Positions 1 to 10,709 of a stretch of DNA of 64,000 nucleotides are shown in pieces (positions within the stretch are counted from its first letter, which is position 1; each line of letters begins with the position of its first letter). The stretch spans positions 7,504,001-7,568,000 of the forward strand of contig CM075992.1 of the NCBI GenBank assembly GCA_038087875.1. Reading direction: 5' to 3'. Both the position numbers and the translations under genes were made by a program. Under the pieces are notes generated by a model. It saw nothing but the letters and a program-made list of their open reading frames with translations, did not search any database and had not been told where the DNA came from. Source of the stretch: Malacoraja senta. Its lineage: Eukaryota.

Positions 1-2
1 AG

Positions 3-62
3 TTTGACAGTTTGATCGCTGACATTGAGCGGGAGCTGGCCAAGAAGATCATCTTCCTCTGA
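3..62 (+). CDS. Putative last coding codons of an unidentified upstream gene (FDSLIADIERELAKKIIFL*)
   Basis: Frame 3 from base 3 gives an amphipathic-helix-like peptide with vertebrate-like codon usage, ending TGA at 60-62. It is followed by 3'UTR-like sequence with AU-rich blocks and AATAAA at 1565-1570. The protein was not recognised. Confidence 0.5.
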   Translation, partial: FDSLIADIERELAKKIIFL

Positions 63-391
63 GGAGTACGGAGAGGTCGGAGGTCAGAGCCAGACACGGG
101 CGGCTGTGGGCGTGGACTCTCCCACTCGCTGCCCGCGTGCCCAGTGTGCAATAACACGGTTGCCTGGCAACATGAGCGTCACGCCTGCTCACATGTATGT
201 TTCCAAATGTAGCATGTGCATGGTCTTCATTCTGTCTCCCTGGGGGTTTGGTATGGAGGGTGTCCCACCGACTGTTACCACCCCCCCCCCTACCCTCAAT
301 CAATAATCAGAGGCCCTCCCTCCCTGATCAGAGGCCCACCCGCACCCTTCCTTCCCCACCCCCTCCCACACCCAGACAAGTGCCCTTCCAG

Positions 392-585
392 TGTTTAAGA
401 AGGAACTGCAGATGCTGGAAAATCAAAGGTACACAAAAGTGCTGGTGAAACTCAGCGGGTGCAGCAACATCTATGGAGCAAAGGAAATAGGCAACGTTTC
501 GGGCCGAAACCCTTCTTCAGACTATTTCCTTCGCTCCATAGATGCTGCTGCACCCGCTGAGTTTCTCCAGCACTTTTGTCTACCA
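392..585. mobile_element. Palindromic Penelope-derived mini-element with hammerhead core
   Basis: Inverted arms, a minus-strand CTGAAGA-GGGTT/GGCCC-GAAACGTT motif at ~491-523, and a flanking direct repeat agtgcccttccag. Confidence 0.75.
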
Positions 586-629
586 GTGCCCTTCCAGCCC
601 TGGGCTGTGATTCCCTCAAAGATTGTTGG

Positions 630-950
630 CCTTGATGCTCCCCCTCTCCCTCACCACCTCCCCTTCCCTCCCTCTCTACCTCCCCCTCGCTGCCCAACTC
701 CGTCTCTCTCCCTCACTACCTCACCTTCCCTCCCTCTCCACCTCCCTTCCCTTCTTTCTCCCCCCAACCACCCACCCCCTCACCTCCCCCCACCTCTCCT
801 CCTCTCTCTTGCGCACCTCCCACCTCTCACCTCCCCACCCACTCCCTGACTGTGACCCTGTCCTTTGCCCCCTCGGTCTGTATTCCCATCCCTCCCACTG
901 AGGGTCTGCCTCTCCGACCCACCCCCTCCACCTGACCCCTTCCCCACCCT
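630..950. repeat. C/T-rich low-complexity tract
   Basis: Nearly pure pyrimidine runs (ccctc, cccac). This explains the Pro/Leu/Ser-rich spurious ORFs. Confidence 0.85.
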
Positions 951-1564
951 CTCAGCCAGGCTGGGCGCTGATGAGAAGGTGGTGCCCGCTGACTATAGAG
1001 ATCCCACCTTCCCCGGGGAGATTGGAAACAGTATTTTGAGGAACTTGCTCAGGCCATTCTGCCCTATTCTGTGCAATTATCACGCTTTGTGTTTAGTGGA
1101 TCGATAAACCGCTCAGTAAGTGCTGCAAATAATCGCCCCAACACTCAGTCCACAAGAACATGTTCCACCCCCCCCTCCCCCTCAGTCAGTATTAAACAAA
1201 GGGTCTTAGCTCTGGAGACCACCGGAGGGGTTGCATATCACAAGCGTGATATAAAATAGATTGAGATCAAGTGACTTTTAAATATATTATATATATACAT
1301 ATATATATATATATAAAATGCTTTATTTAAGGTTCACATTTATTTTTGTAGATCGAACGTTTTTTCTTTTGGAGAGTTGTGAATGTATTTGCGGGGATAT
1401 TTCCCCCCCCCCCTGAGTCTGTCACATCTTCGGCCCGGGTGTGGTGCCGAATTTCCCCGGGGGTTCAAAACCAAAGGCGGATGTTGCAGCCGACTAGCGC
1501 CTGGCTCCTTCTTTCCCCACTCACTATTTATCCAAGTCTGACAAGCAGCTCCGGTACTTTGTTT

Positions 1565-1570
1565 AATAAA
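1565..1570 (+). terminator. Candidate polyadenylation signal for the upstream plus-strand gene
   Basis: AATAAA downstream of AU-rich 3'UTR-like sequence (TTTATTTAA, TATTTTTGTA) and followed by a T/C/G-rich tract. Confidence 0.45.
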
Positions 1571-1597
1571 CTGTAACACTTTACTCTGAAGGTGCTG

Positions 1598-1629
<32 letters not shown>

Positions 1630-1653
1630 GCTCTCTCTCTCTGTCTGTCTGTC
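1598..1653. repeat. (CT)n/(CTGT)n microsatellite
   Basis: Read directly from the sequence. Confidence 0.9.
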
Positions 1654-1764
1654 TTCGCCTGTGTTGGGTATTGAGGGAGTCCCGGGTGGATGGGGAGAAG
1701 GCAGGAGAATAGGGTTAGGACGGAGAGATAGATCAGCCGAGATTGAATGGCAGAGTAGACTTGT

Positions 1765-2235
1765 GTAGGAAGGAAGACAAAAGTGCTGGAGAAACTCAGC
1801 GGGTGCAGCAGCATCTATGAAGCGAAGGAAATAGGCAACGTTTCGGGCCGAAACCCTTCTTCAGACTGATGTAGGGTGGAGGGGGGTGGGGGAGAAGAAA
1901 GGAGGAAGGAAGAGGAGGAGCCCGAGGGCTGAGGGAGAGCTGAGAAGGAGAGGAGACAGCAAGGGCTACCGGAAATTGGAGAATTCAATGTTTATGCCGC
2001 TAGGGTGCAGACTGCCCAAGCGGAATATGAGGTGCTGCTCCTCCAATTTCCGGTGGTGCTCACTCTGGCCATGGAGGAGGCCCAGGACAGAGAGGTCGGA
2101 TTCGGAATGGGTGGGGCAGTTGAAGTACTGAGCCACCGGGAGATCGGGTTGGTTAATGCGGACCGAGCGGAGGTGTTCGGCGAAAAGATCGCCAAGCCTA
2201 CGCTTGGTCTCACCGATGTAGATCAGCTGGCATCT
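1765..2235 (-). mobile_element. Penelope-like element 3' fragment: GIY-YIG endonuclease C-terminus, 3'UTR and hammerhead-bearing terminal repeat
   Basis: The minus strand ~2233-1966 translates CQLIYIGETKRRLGDLFAEHLRSVRINQPDLPVAQYFNCPTHSESDLSVLGLLHGQSEHHRKLEEQHLIFRLGSLHPSGINIEFSNFR* (YIG-ET, R..EH, catalytic E, P.G.N). A pyrimidine UTR follows, then CTGAAGA...GAAACGTT at ~1836-1868. Confidence 0.88.
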
Positions 2236-2337
2236 ACTAGTTTAACCCGTAGATAGACAAAAAGCTGGAGTAACTCAGCGGGACAGGCAGCATCTCTGGA
2301 GAGAAGGAATGTAGCTATGCCCTCTAGTTCTTTTCAT

Positions 2338-2647
2338 TTTTAGCTTTAGATACAGCGCAGAAACAGGCCCTTCGGCCCACCGAGTCTGCACCGACCAGCA
2401 GTCCCTGCACACTAACACTATCCTATCCTACACTAGGTCCATTTTTAATTATATTTTTTGTACCAAGCCAATTAACCTACAAACCTGTACATCTTTGGAG
2501 TGTGGGAGGAAACTGAAGTTCTCGGAGAAAACCCAACAGGTCACTGGAAGAATGTACAAACTCCGTACAGACATCGCCCGTAGCCAGGATCAAACCCTGG
2601 TCTCCGGCACAGTAAGACAGCAACTCTATTGCTGCACCACTGCGCCA
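2338..2647 (-). mobile_element. tRNA-derived V-SINE (HE1-like)
   Basis: tRNA-like head with A/B boxes, V-domain-like core (gtacattcttccagtgacctgttgggttttctcc) and CR1-type tail gggccgaagggcctgtttc. Confidence 0.8.
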
Positions 2648-2649
2648 TC

Positions 2650-2962
2650 TAGTGGTGGACACTTCCACCCTGGGGACAAGGTTCTGACTGTCTACCCTAT
2701 CTATGCCTCTCATAATTTTATATCCTATCAAGTCTCTGCTCCACCTCCCGCATTCCAGAGAAAACAATCCAAGTCTGTCTCCCTGTAGCTGGAACCCTCT
2801 AATCCTGGCAACATTCCGGTAAACCTTCCCTGAACCCTCTCCAAAACTTCCTCCTCTTTCCTGTAATGGGAGCGACCAGAACTGCTCGCAATATTCCAAA
2901 TGCGGTCTAACCAAAGTCCTCTGGAGCTGTATCAGGACTTCCTGACTCTTATACTCAATGCC
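2650..2962 (-). mobile_element. CR1 LINE RT C-terminal fragment
   Basis: Translation [11 protein letters not shown]...LGLFSLE...YKIMRGIDRVD, degenerate. Confidence 0.8.
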
Positions 2963-3099
2963 TCTGGCAATACGACACGACTCGATAGAACTTTATTCAT
3001 CCCAGGAGGGACATTGATCTGCCAACAGTCATAAAACACACAAAATACATGAAACATGAAATTAAAGTGACGAGTGGAAAGGATTGGGGATGTGCAAAG

Positions 3100-3395
3100 A
3101 TTGGGGAGGGGGGGGGTGGGGAGTGGGGGGCAATTGGAGAGAGGGAAGGGGGGAGGGGAAGGGGGAAGGGGGTGGGGGGGAGTGGGGAGTGGGGGGCAAT
3201 TGGAGAGAGGGAAGGAGGGTGCTGGGGAAGGGATGAGAAGGGGAGGGAAGGGGAGGGGGAGCGGGGGGAAGGGGTGGGGGGGGAGTGGGGGGCAATTGGA
3301 GAGAGGGAAGGAGGGTGCTGGGGAAGGGATGAGAAGGGGAGAGGGGAGGGAGGTGGAGGGGGGGAGGGGGTGGGGGGGTGGAGTGGGGAGTGGGT
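3100..3395. repeat. G-rich minisatellite (gagtggggggcaattggagagagggaagg units)
   Basis: At least three near-identical units separated by G runs. Confidence 0.85.
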
Positions 3396-4267
3396 GCTCC
3401 GCTCTGAACACAATGTTGACGAGGAGCGCTACCAGCCAGACCCGCAGCTCCAGGCGCCGATCATCACCCGGGGACGGGTGCACTCTGCCCGGCCTGACAC
3501 AACCTCCCATCCCATCCACGGCCATATTTGGTAAAGTCTCTGGAGAAGCTGGGACGTGTCCAGGATATAAAACACGCACCGGGTCCCCGGCTCATTAACA
3601 TTAACCAGGCTCAATGTAGCAACAAGGAGCCGGCGATGCTGGAGTAACTCATTGCGGGCCGGGCCGGGCCGGGCAGCATCTCTGGGGGATATGGATGGGT
3701 GCTGTTTCGGGTCGGGACCCTTCTTTAGTGTTGGCGGCCGAGGTGTGCTCGGGTCCAGTTCCAGCTCCCAATGTAGAAACAAACTAGCAGGTATCTGGAA
3801 TTAGCGGCCTGAAATAAGAAAGGTTCACCCGGGTGTGGCTGAAGGAGGGGTAGAGGGGGCGAGGTGGAGGGTACATCTGCGGCCGAGAGTTTAGTTTCCT
3901 TTAGAGATTCAGCGCGGAAACAGACCCCGAGTCCCACTAACACTGTCCCACACACACTGGGGACAATTTACAAGTTTTACCCAACCCAATTAACCTACAA
4001 ATCTGTGCGTCTTGTGGGAGTGAAAACGGGGAGAACGTGCAAACTCCACCCAGTCAGCACCCGTGGTCAGGCTCGAACCCGGGTCTCTGGCGCTGAGAGG
4101 CAGCGGCTCCACCAGGTGTCTCCACCCGAAATGTCACCGATTCCTTTTCTCCAGAGATACTGCCTGATCCGCTGAGTTACTCCCCTGCATTTTGTGTCTG
4201 TTTTCTGTGATACCCTGTCTCTTGTGCACAAAATATGATCATTTTTCTAATGTGGGACTTTTCATTC

Positions 4268-4746
4268 AATAGACAATAGACAATAGGTGCAGGAGTAGGC
4301 CATTTGGCCCTTCGAGCCAGCACCGCCATTCAATGTGATCATGGCTGATCATCCACAATCAGTACCCCGTTCCTGCCTTCTCCCCATATCCCCTGACTCC
4401 GCTATCTTTAAGAGCCCCATCTAGCTCTCTCTTGAAAGTATCCAGAGAACCGGCCTCCACCGCCCTCTGAGGCAGAGAATTCCACAGACTCACCACTCTC
4501 TGTGAGAAAAAGTGTTTCCTCGTCTCCGTTCTAAATGGCTTACTCCTTCTTCTTAAACTGTGGCCCCTGGTTCTGGACTCCCCCAACATCGGGAACATGT
4601 TTCCTGCCTCTAGTGTGTCCAAACCCTTAACAATATTATACGTTGCACTCCCTCAATAGCAAGAATGTCCTTCCTCAAATTAGGGGACCAAAACTGCACA
4701 CAATACTCCAGGTGTGGTCTCACTAGGGCTCTGTACAACTGCAGAA
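4268..4746 (-). mobile_element. CR1 LINE 3' end
   Basis: Translation ESRTRGHSL...FFSQRVVSLWNSLP; 3' stem ggctcgaagggccaaatggcctactcctgcacc and (ctattgt)n tail. Confidence 0.9.
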
Positions 4747-4901
4747 TTCAATAACGCAATTGTATCTGCTCTTCTGCTGTGGTTTGTTGTTCATGTTTTG
4801 AAGCCATTATTTCTGTTCAAACCCCATGTTCCCGAGAATTGAAGTGATCTCTCCGGCTGATTGCTGTTGGACTTCGCTCACTCCTGCTTTCCCACCGCTG
4901 G

Positions 4902-4972
4902 ACACCAGACGGCGCCAGTGAGCTGCTCCAAGGTTTGTCGCTGCGGCACTGCCACCGGCCACCAGGAGGCGC
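4902..4972 (+). promoter_or_regulatory. Pair of CTCF-like motifs in a CpG-rich unique patch
   Basis: ACACCAGACGGCGC (4902-4915) and CCACCAGGAGGCGC (4959-4972) compared with the consensus CCASYAGRKGGCRS. Confidence 0.5.
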
Positions 4973-6004
4973 GTCGGAGCGCAACCGACTCCTACACTGA
5001 TCAGAGCCCAATAGAGGTGCATTGAATAGGAAGGGACTGCAGATGCTGGTTTAAACCACAGATTGAGATAGATTACAAAATGCTGGAGTAACTCAGCGGG
5101 ACAGGCAACATCTCAGGAGAGAAGGAATGGGTGACGTTTAGGGTCGAAGCCCTTCTTCAGACTGGTTAGGGATATGGGAAACGAGCTATTCATCATCTAG
5201 AGAGCAGTCCTGACCGACCATCTATCTCATTGGAGACCTAAAGACTATCTTTAATTAAACTTTACTGGACTTTATCTTGCACTAAACATTATTCCCTTTA
5301 TCTTGATATCTGTGAATGGCTCGATTGTGATCGTTCTGCTGACTGGATAGCACACAGCAAAAATGCTTTTCACTGTACCTCGGTACACGTGACATCAATC
5401 AACTAAACCAAACTATTGAGGCAGGGCTCAGTGGGTGATAAAACATATGTGGTCACAAGGAGAATGTACAAACTCCGTACAGACAGCATCCAAGGTCAGG
5501 ATCGAACCCGGGTTTCTGGCGCTGTGAGGCATCAACTCCACTGCGCCACCCTCTGGTCAAACCCTAGCAGAAATGCTCCCTCTGTTCAAACCCACCCTCT
5601 GCCCCCTTCTCTCTGCCAAAAAAACTGGGTTTTTTTTAATTCGCCAGTTTTGATGAAGGCTCCCAGACTGAAATGTCAGCAGTTTCTCCTCTTCGTGGAT
5701 GCTGCCTGACCTGCAGTGTTGTGAAGATTTCAGATTCAATGTATTTTAATGGTTGGCTAGTATCCAGAAAGTGTTGTCATGGAACTGGGCAGAGTCAGAG
5801 TAGTTTCATCAATGGGGAATCCAGTCTGATGAACTAAATGTGAACGTTTGCTGGCAGATGATGAATGTTGCTGGCAATATGATATTCATAGTCCATCCCT
5901 CATTGCCCCTAACCAAAGGTGTATTGCCAAATTAAGTACTTTGGTCAGCCTGCAGTTACATATAGACCAGACCAGGTGATGATGGCAAATTTCCTTGTAT
6001 GAAG

Positions 6005-6750
6005 GATGGTGCAGCGGTAGAGTTGCTGCCTTACAGCACAAGAGACCCAGATTCGATCCCGACTACGGGTGTTGGTACATTCTCCTTGTGACCAATAGAC
6101 TATAGACAATAGGTGCAGGAGTAGGCCATTCAGCCCTTTGAGCCAGCACCGCCATTCACTGTGATCATGGCTGATCATCCCCAATCAGTACCCCATTCCT
6201 GCCTTCTCCCCATATCTCTTGACTCCGCTATCTTTAAGAGCTCTATCCAATTCTCTCTTGAAAGCATCCAAAGAACCGGCCTCCACCGCCCTCTGAGGCA
6301 GAGAATTCCACAGATTCATAACCCTTTGTGTGAAAACGCTTTTCCTCATCTCCGTTCTAAATGGCTTACCCCTTATTCTTAAAAACTGTGGCCCCTGGTT
6401 CTGGACTCCGCCAACATCGGGAACATGTTTCCTGCCTCTAGGGTGTCCAAAGCCTTAATAATTGTATATGTTTCAATAAGATGCCCTCTCATCCTTCTAA
6501 ATTCCAGAGTGTACAAGCGCAGCCGCTCCATTCTCTCAGCATATGACAGTCCTGCCAACCCGGGAATTTTCTCCGGGACCTCCGGTTTCCTCCCACATTC
6601 CAAAGATGTACAGGTTTGTAGGTTAATTGGCTTAAGTAAAGATCGTAAATTGTAAAGGATAGTGCTAGTGTAGGGGGGGGGGGGATCGTTGGTCGGCGTG
6701 GAGTCGGTGGGCCGAAGGGCCTGTTTCTGTGATGCATCTCTAAACTAAAA
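6005..6750. mobile_element. Plus-strand V-SINE split by an inverted CR1 3' fragment (~6095-6565)
   Basis: SINE head at 6005-6092 and SINE body/tail at 6565-6750, with CR1 RT C-terminus and tail between them on the minus strand. Confidence 0.8.
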
Positions 6751-7371
6751 CTTCGGTCGATTTTTTACAATTCGGCAGTTTTGTGATTACTGGGTTTGGT
6801 TTTATGTTCAACACCATTTTGATCTAGCAACAAGGAACTGCAGATGCTGGTTTACACAAAAGGGTACAAAGTGCTGGAGTAACTCAGCGGGTCAGGCAGC
6901 ATCTCTGGAGAACATGGATAGGTGATGTTTCAGATCGAGACCAACCCAAGAGTTTGGAGAAGGGGGGTTGATCTGAAAGATCATCTATCCATGTTCCCCA
7001 GAGATGCTGCCTGACCTGCTGAGTTACTCCAGCACTTACTGTCCTTCCATGTTAATCTAATTGCTTGAATTAAGAATCCCTTCCCACTGGCCTAGAGTTT
7101 TGCTCCAATAATCTAACCACAACTGTACCTCCTGGAGCTATGACAAGCAGAGGAGATAACAAGGGATCTTTGTGGACTTCCGAAAGATATTTGATAAGAT
7201 GGTACATGAGAGATTATTGGACAAGATAAGACTCAGGTGGTCAGGGTAATGGATGAGATGTGGAAGCAGAACTGGGTGTAAGATAATCAACGTAATTATC
7301 ACCTACAAAAGGACAGTAGAAGTAATATAATGAAAGACTTGCTTACAGCAGCAGTACAGGCACTGAGACTC

Positions 7372-7950
7372 AGACAGACAATAGACAATAGGTGCAGGAG
7401 TAGGCCATTCGGCCCTTTGAGCCAGCACCGCCATTCAATGTGGTCATGGCTGATCATCCCCAATCAGTACCCCGTTCCTGCCTTCTCCCCATATCCCCTG
7501 ACTCCGCTATCTTTAAGAGCCCTACTTCGCTCTCTCTTGAAAGCATCCAGAGAACATGCCTCCACCGCCCTCTGAGGCAGAAAATTCCACGGACTCACAA
7601 CTCTCTGTGAGAAAAAGCGTTTCCTCGTCTCCGTTCTAAATGGCTTACCCCTTATTCTTAAACTGTGGCCCCTGGTTCTGGACTCCACCCAACATCGGGA
7701 ACATGTTTCCTGCCTCTAGCGTGTCCAAACCCTTAACAATCTTATATGTTTCAATAAGATGCCCTCTCATCCTTCTAAACTCCAGAGGGTACAAGCCCAG
7801 CCGCTCCATTCTCTCAGCATATGACAGTCCTGCCATCCCGGGAATTAACCTTGTAAACCTACGCTGCACTCCCTCAATAGCAAGAATGTCCTTCCTCAAA
7901 TCAGGGGACCAAAACTGCACACAATACTCCAGGTGTGGTCTCACTAGGAC
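7372..7950 (-). mobile_element. CR1 LINE 3' end
   Basis: [15 protein letters not shown]...EGVQRRFTRLIPGM...LGLYPLEFRRMRG motifs and CR1 tail. Confidence 0.92.
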
Positions 7951-8349
7951 AGCACACAAGAATGATACTCATGCATAAATTCTACAAGACAGTGAAAGGA
8001 AATAAAGACTGTGCAGAAGGAAGACATCAGTCCCTTTCCCAGCTCTCTCCTCACATTCCATGAACCCTTTTATCCGAAGACAATTCTCCAACTCCTTCTT
8101 GAATATATTTAATGACTCAGCTTCATTCAGTGCTGGAGAACTCCACAAATTCACTCATCTCTGCGAGAAGAATTTTCTCCTTGTCTCTGTCCTAAATGAC
8201 TTATCATAAGACCATAAGTTATAGGAGCAGAATTAGGCCATTCGGCCCATTGGGTGTGCTCCACCATTCAATCATTTCTGATCCATTTTTCCCCTTGACC
8301 CCATTCTCCAGCCACCTCCCCGTAACCTTTGACGCCATTACTAATCAAG

Positions 8350-8765
8350 TCACTTCAAGTCAAGTCAAGTCACTTTTATTTCTATAGCACATTTAAAAAA
8401 CAACTCTGGTTGACCAAAGTGCTTTACATTGGTGGAGGTACTAACGTTATACAACAGTGGTTCATAGATTAAGTACGTACATAAATACACACATATAGCC
8501 CTCCCTCAGAGGACATCAAGAAAGGCTTGAGAGTAAAGATGAGTTTTAAGTCTCGACTTAAAGGAGTCGATGGAGGGGGCAGTTCTGATGGGAAGAGGGA
8601 TGCTGTTCCACAATCTAGGAGCTGCAACTGCAAAGGCACGGTCGCCCCTGAGCTTATGCCTAGACCGCGGGATGTCCAGTAACCCCAAGTCGGCCGATCT
8701 GAGGGACCTGGAGGTGGTGTGGTGGGTAAGCAGACTATTGATGTAGGTGGGGACAAGCCACCTAC
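8350..8765 (-). mobile_element. L2-clade LINE 3' end inserted in an older CR1 tail
   Basis: Translation ...RGDRAFAVAAPRLWNSIP..IR.APSIDSFKSRLKTHLY, an (acttg)n tail, and aatcaag on both sides. Confidence 0.82.
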
Positions 8766-9191
8766 AATCAAGAACCTATCAATCTACGCGAGTAGTTCTT
8801 AACCTTTTTGGGGCATGTGTGAACAAAATACTGTATGTGGTATGTAAACATGGGCTCAACAAATTGATATGTTATTTGTGTCCCCTTCATGACCCCCGGC
8901 AAAGCCACAAACGCCCCCCCAGGTTAAGAACCACTACGCTTTATAAATTGGGCATGTCTTGTCCTCAAGAACCATAACAGTGGCAATGAATTCCACGGGT
9001 TCACCACCTTCCGGCTGAAGAAATTCCTCCTCATCTCCATTCTAAAGGTCTAGATTACTAATCAATACTTGTCCTCACTAATCGCCCTTACTTATCTTAG
9101 ACTCTGCCTCTGGTCCTGGAATTCACGGCCGTCAGAAATGTCCTGCCGACGTCTAATCTGTTCAGATCCATCAGGATTACACAGCTACAAT

Positions 9192-9391
9192 NNNNNNNNN
9201 NNNNNNNNNNNNNNNNNNNNNNNNNNNNNNNNNNNNNNNNNNNNNNNNNNNNNNNNNNNNNNNNNNNNNNNNNNNNNNNNNNNNNNNNNNNNNNNNNNNN
9301 NNNNNNNNNNNNNNNNNNNNNNNNNNNNNNNNNNNNNNNNNNNNNNNNNNNNNNNNNNNNNNNNNNNNNNNNNNNNNNNNNNNNNNNNNNN
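9192..9391. other. Assembly gap (200 N)
   Basis: Run of Ns. Confidence 1.
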
Positions 9392-9843
9392 CTGAAGAAG
9401 GGTCCCGACCTGAAACATCACCCACCTTTTTATCTCCAGAGATTCTGCCTGACCCGGTTAGTTACTCCAGCACTTTGTGCCTTTCTTTGGTATAAACCAA
9501 CATCTGCAGTTCTACGTTTCTCCAGTGAAAAGCTTTTTTGTTGCGCACTATCCAGTCAGCATAAAGACTATACATGATTACAATCAAGCCGTCCGCAGTG
9601 TACAGATACAGGATAAAGGGAATAATGTTTAGTGCAAGATAAAGTCCAGTAAAGTCCGATTAAAAGATAGTCCGAGGGTCTTCAGTGAGATAGATGGGAG
9701 GTCAGGACCGCTCTCTAGTTGGACTATGGTGTTTAGTTTAATTTAGTTTAGAGATACAGCGCGGAAACAGGCCTTCGACCCAGCATGTCCGCGCCGACCA
9801 GCGATCAACACACATTAACACTATCCTACACACACTAGGGGAC

Positions 9844-9980
9844 TTCTTCTTGCGTATGGCGTGCACAGCCTAAAGTTGTTGGACAACTTGTTCTATTTGA
9901 TCTCACTTGATTGTGCACGCCAGGTTAATTGCATTCGTCGAAACAGGGTGGACCACGTGAAGGTTGCAATCTCCCACCCC
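9844..9980 (-). mobile_element. ~140-bp SINE-like retroposon with HDV-like ribozyme head, copy 1
   Basis: TSD acactaggggac (9832-9843 / 9981-9992) and (AAG)n tail. The 5' end reads GGGGTGG GA GATTGCA ACC TTCACGT GGT CCACCCT GT TTCGA CGAA TGCAATT. Confidence 0.85.
9927..9980 (-). ncRNA. Predicted minimal HDV/CPEB3-like self-cleaving ribozyme
   Basis: P1 GGGGTGG/CCACCCT with G1-U wobble, P2 GATTGCA/TGCAATT, P3 ACC/GGT, L3 TTCACGT, J4/2 CGAA with catalytic C, and P4 reduced to ~5 nt. Confidence 0.75.
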
Positions 9981-10709
9981 ACACTAGGGGACAATTTACA
10001 CCTTATACCGAGTATACAAACCCAAGCCAAGTTACCTACAAACCTGCACGTCTTGGGAGTGTGGTAGGAATCCGAAGATCTCGGACAAAACCCACGCAGG
10101 TCACGGGGAGAACGTACAAACTCCGTACAGACAGCACCCGTAGTCAGGATCGAACCCGCGTCTTTGGCGCTGCAAGCGCTGTAAGGCAGCAACTCTACCG
10201 CTGCGCCACCGGGCCGCCCAGGTGTGTCGTCAGATATCTGACCTCACCTCAGCACAATCAAATGGGTAGCAAGTAAGTTTTTTGTAACCCAGCTGAATGA
10301 TGTCTATTTGTAATAAATATGTTGGGTATAAAAGCCTCCTGGGAGAATGAGCAGAAGAAACTGTTTAAATGTCTGTTCCCATATCTGTCCTCACTGTGAC
10401 CAGGAGATTAATGTTTAACTCCAGGAAACTCCGAGGCAAACGTAAAAGTTGCCAATCGAAACCAAGGCGGGAGCTAAATGGCCTCATATATCTCACGCCC
10501 CAATGTCATAGCACCCTCCTTAATGTCTGGCCCATGACTTGGACCCACCACAGCGAGGTGGCTCATGTTCATAACTTATAGGAGCAGAATTAGGCCATTT
10601 GGCCCACCAAGTCTACTCCATCATGGCTACCCTATCTCTCCCTCTCAACCCCATTCTCCTGCCTTCTTCCCATAACCCCTGACATCCTTACTAATCAAGA
10701 AGCCATTTA

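Larger units (their letters stand above)
9732..10220 (-). mobile_element. V-SINE hosting a nested ribozyme-headed retroposon
   Basis: Full head-core-tail V-SINE interrupted at 9844-9980. Confidence 0.85.

Noticed and set aside
391..3598. Long Pro-rich and Gly-rich ORFs in the ORF track
   Set aside because: They are translations of C-rich and G-rich low-complexity tracts and repeats, with no protein-family motifs.
9069..9425. ORFs spanning the N run
   Set aside because: They are artefacts of the assembly gap.
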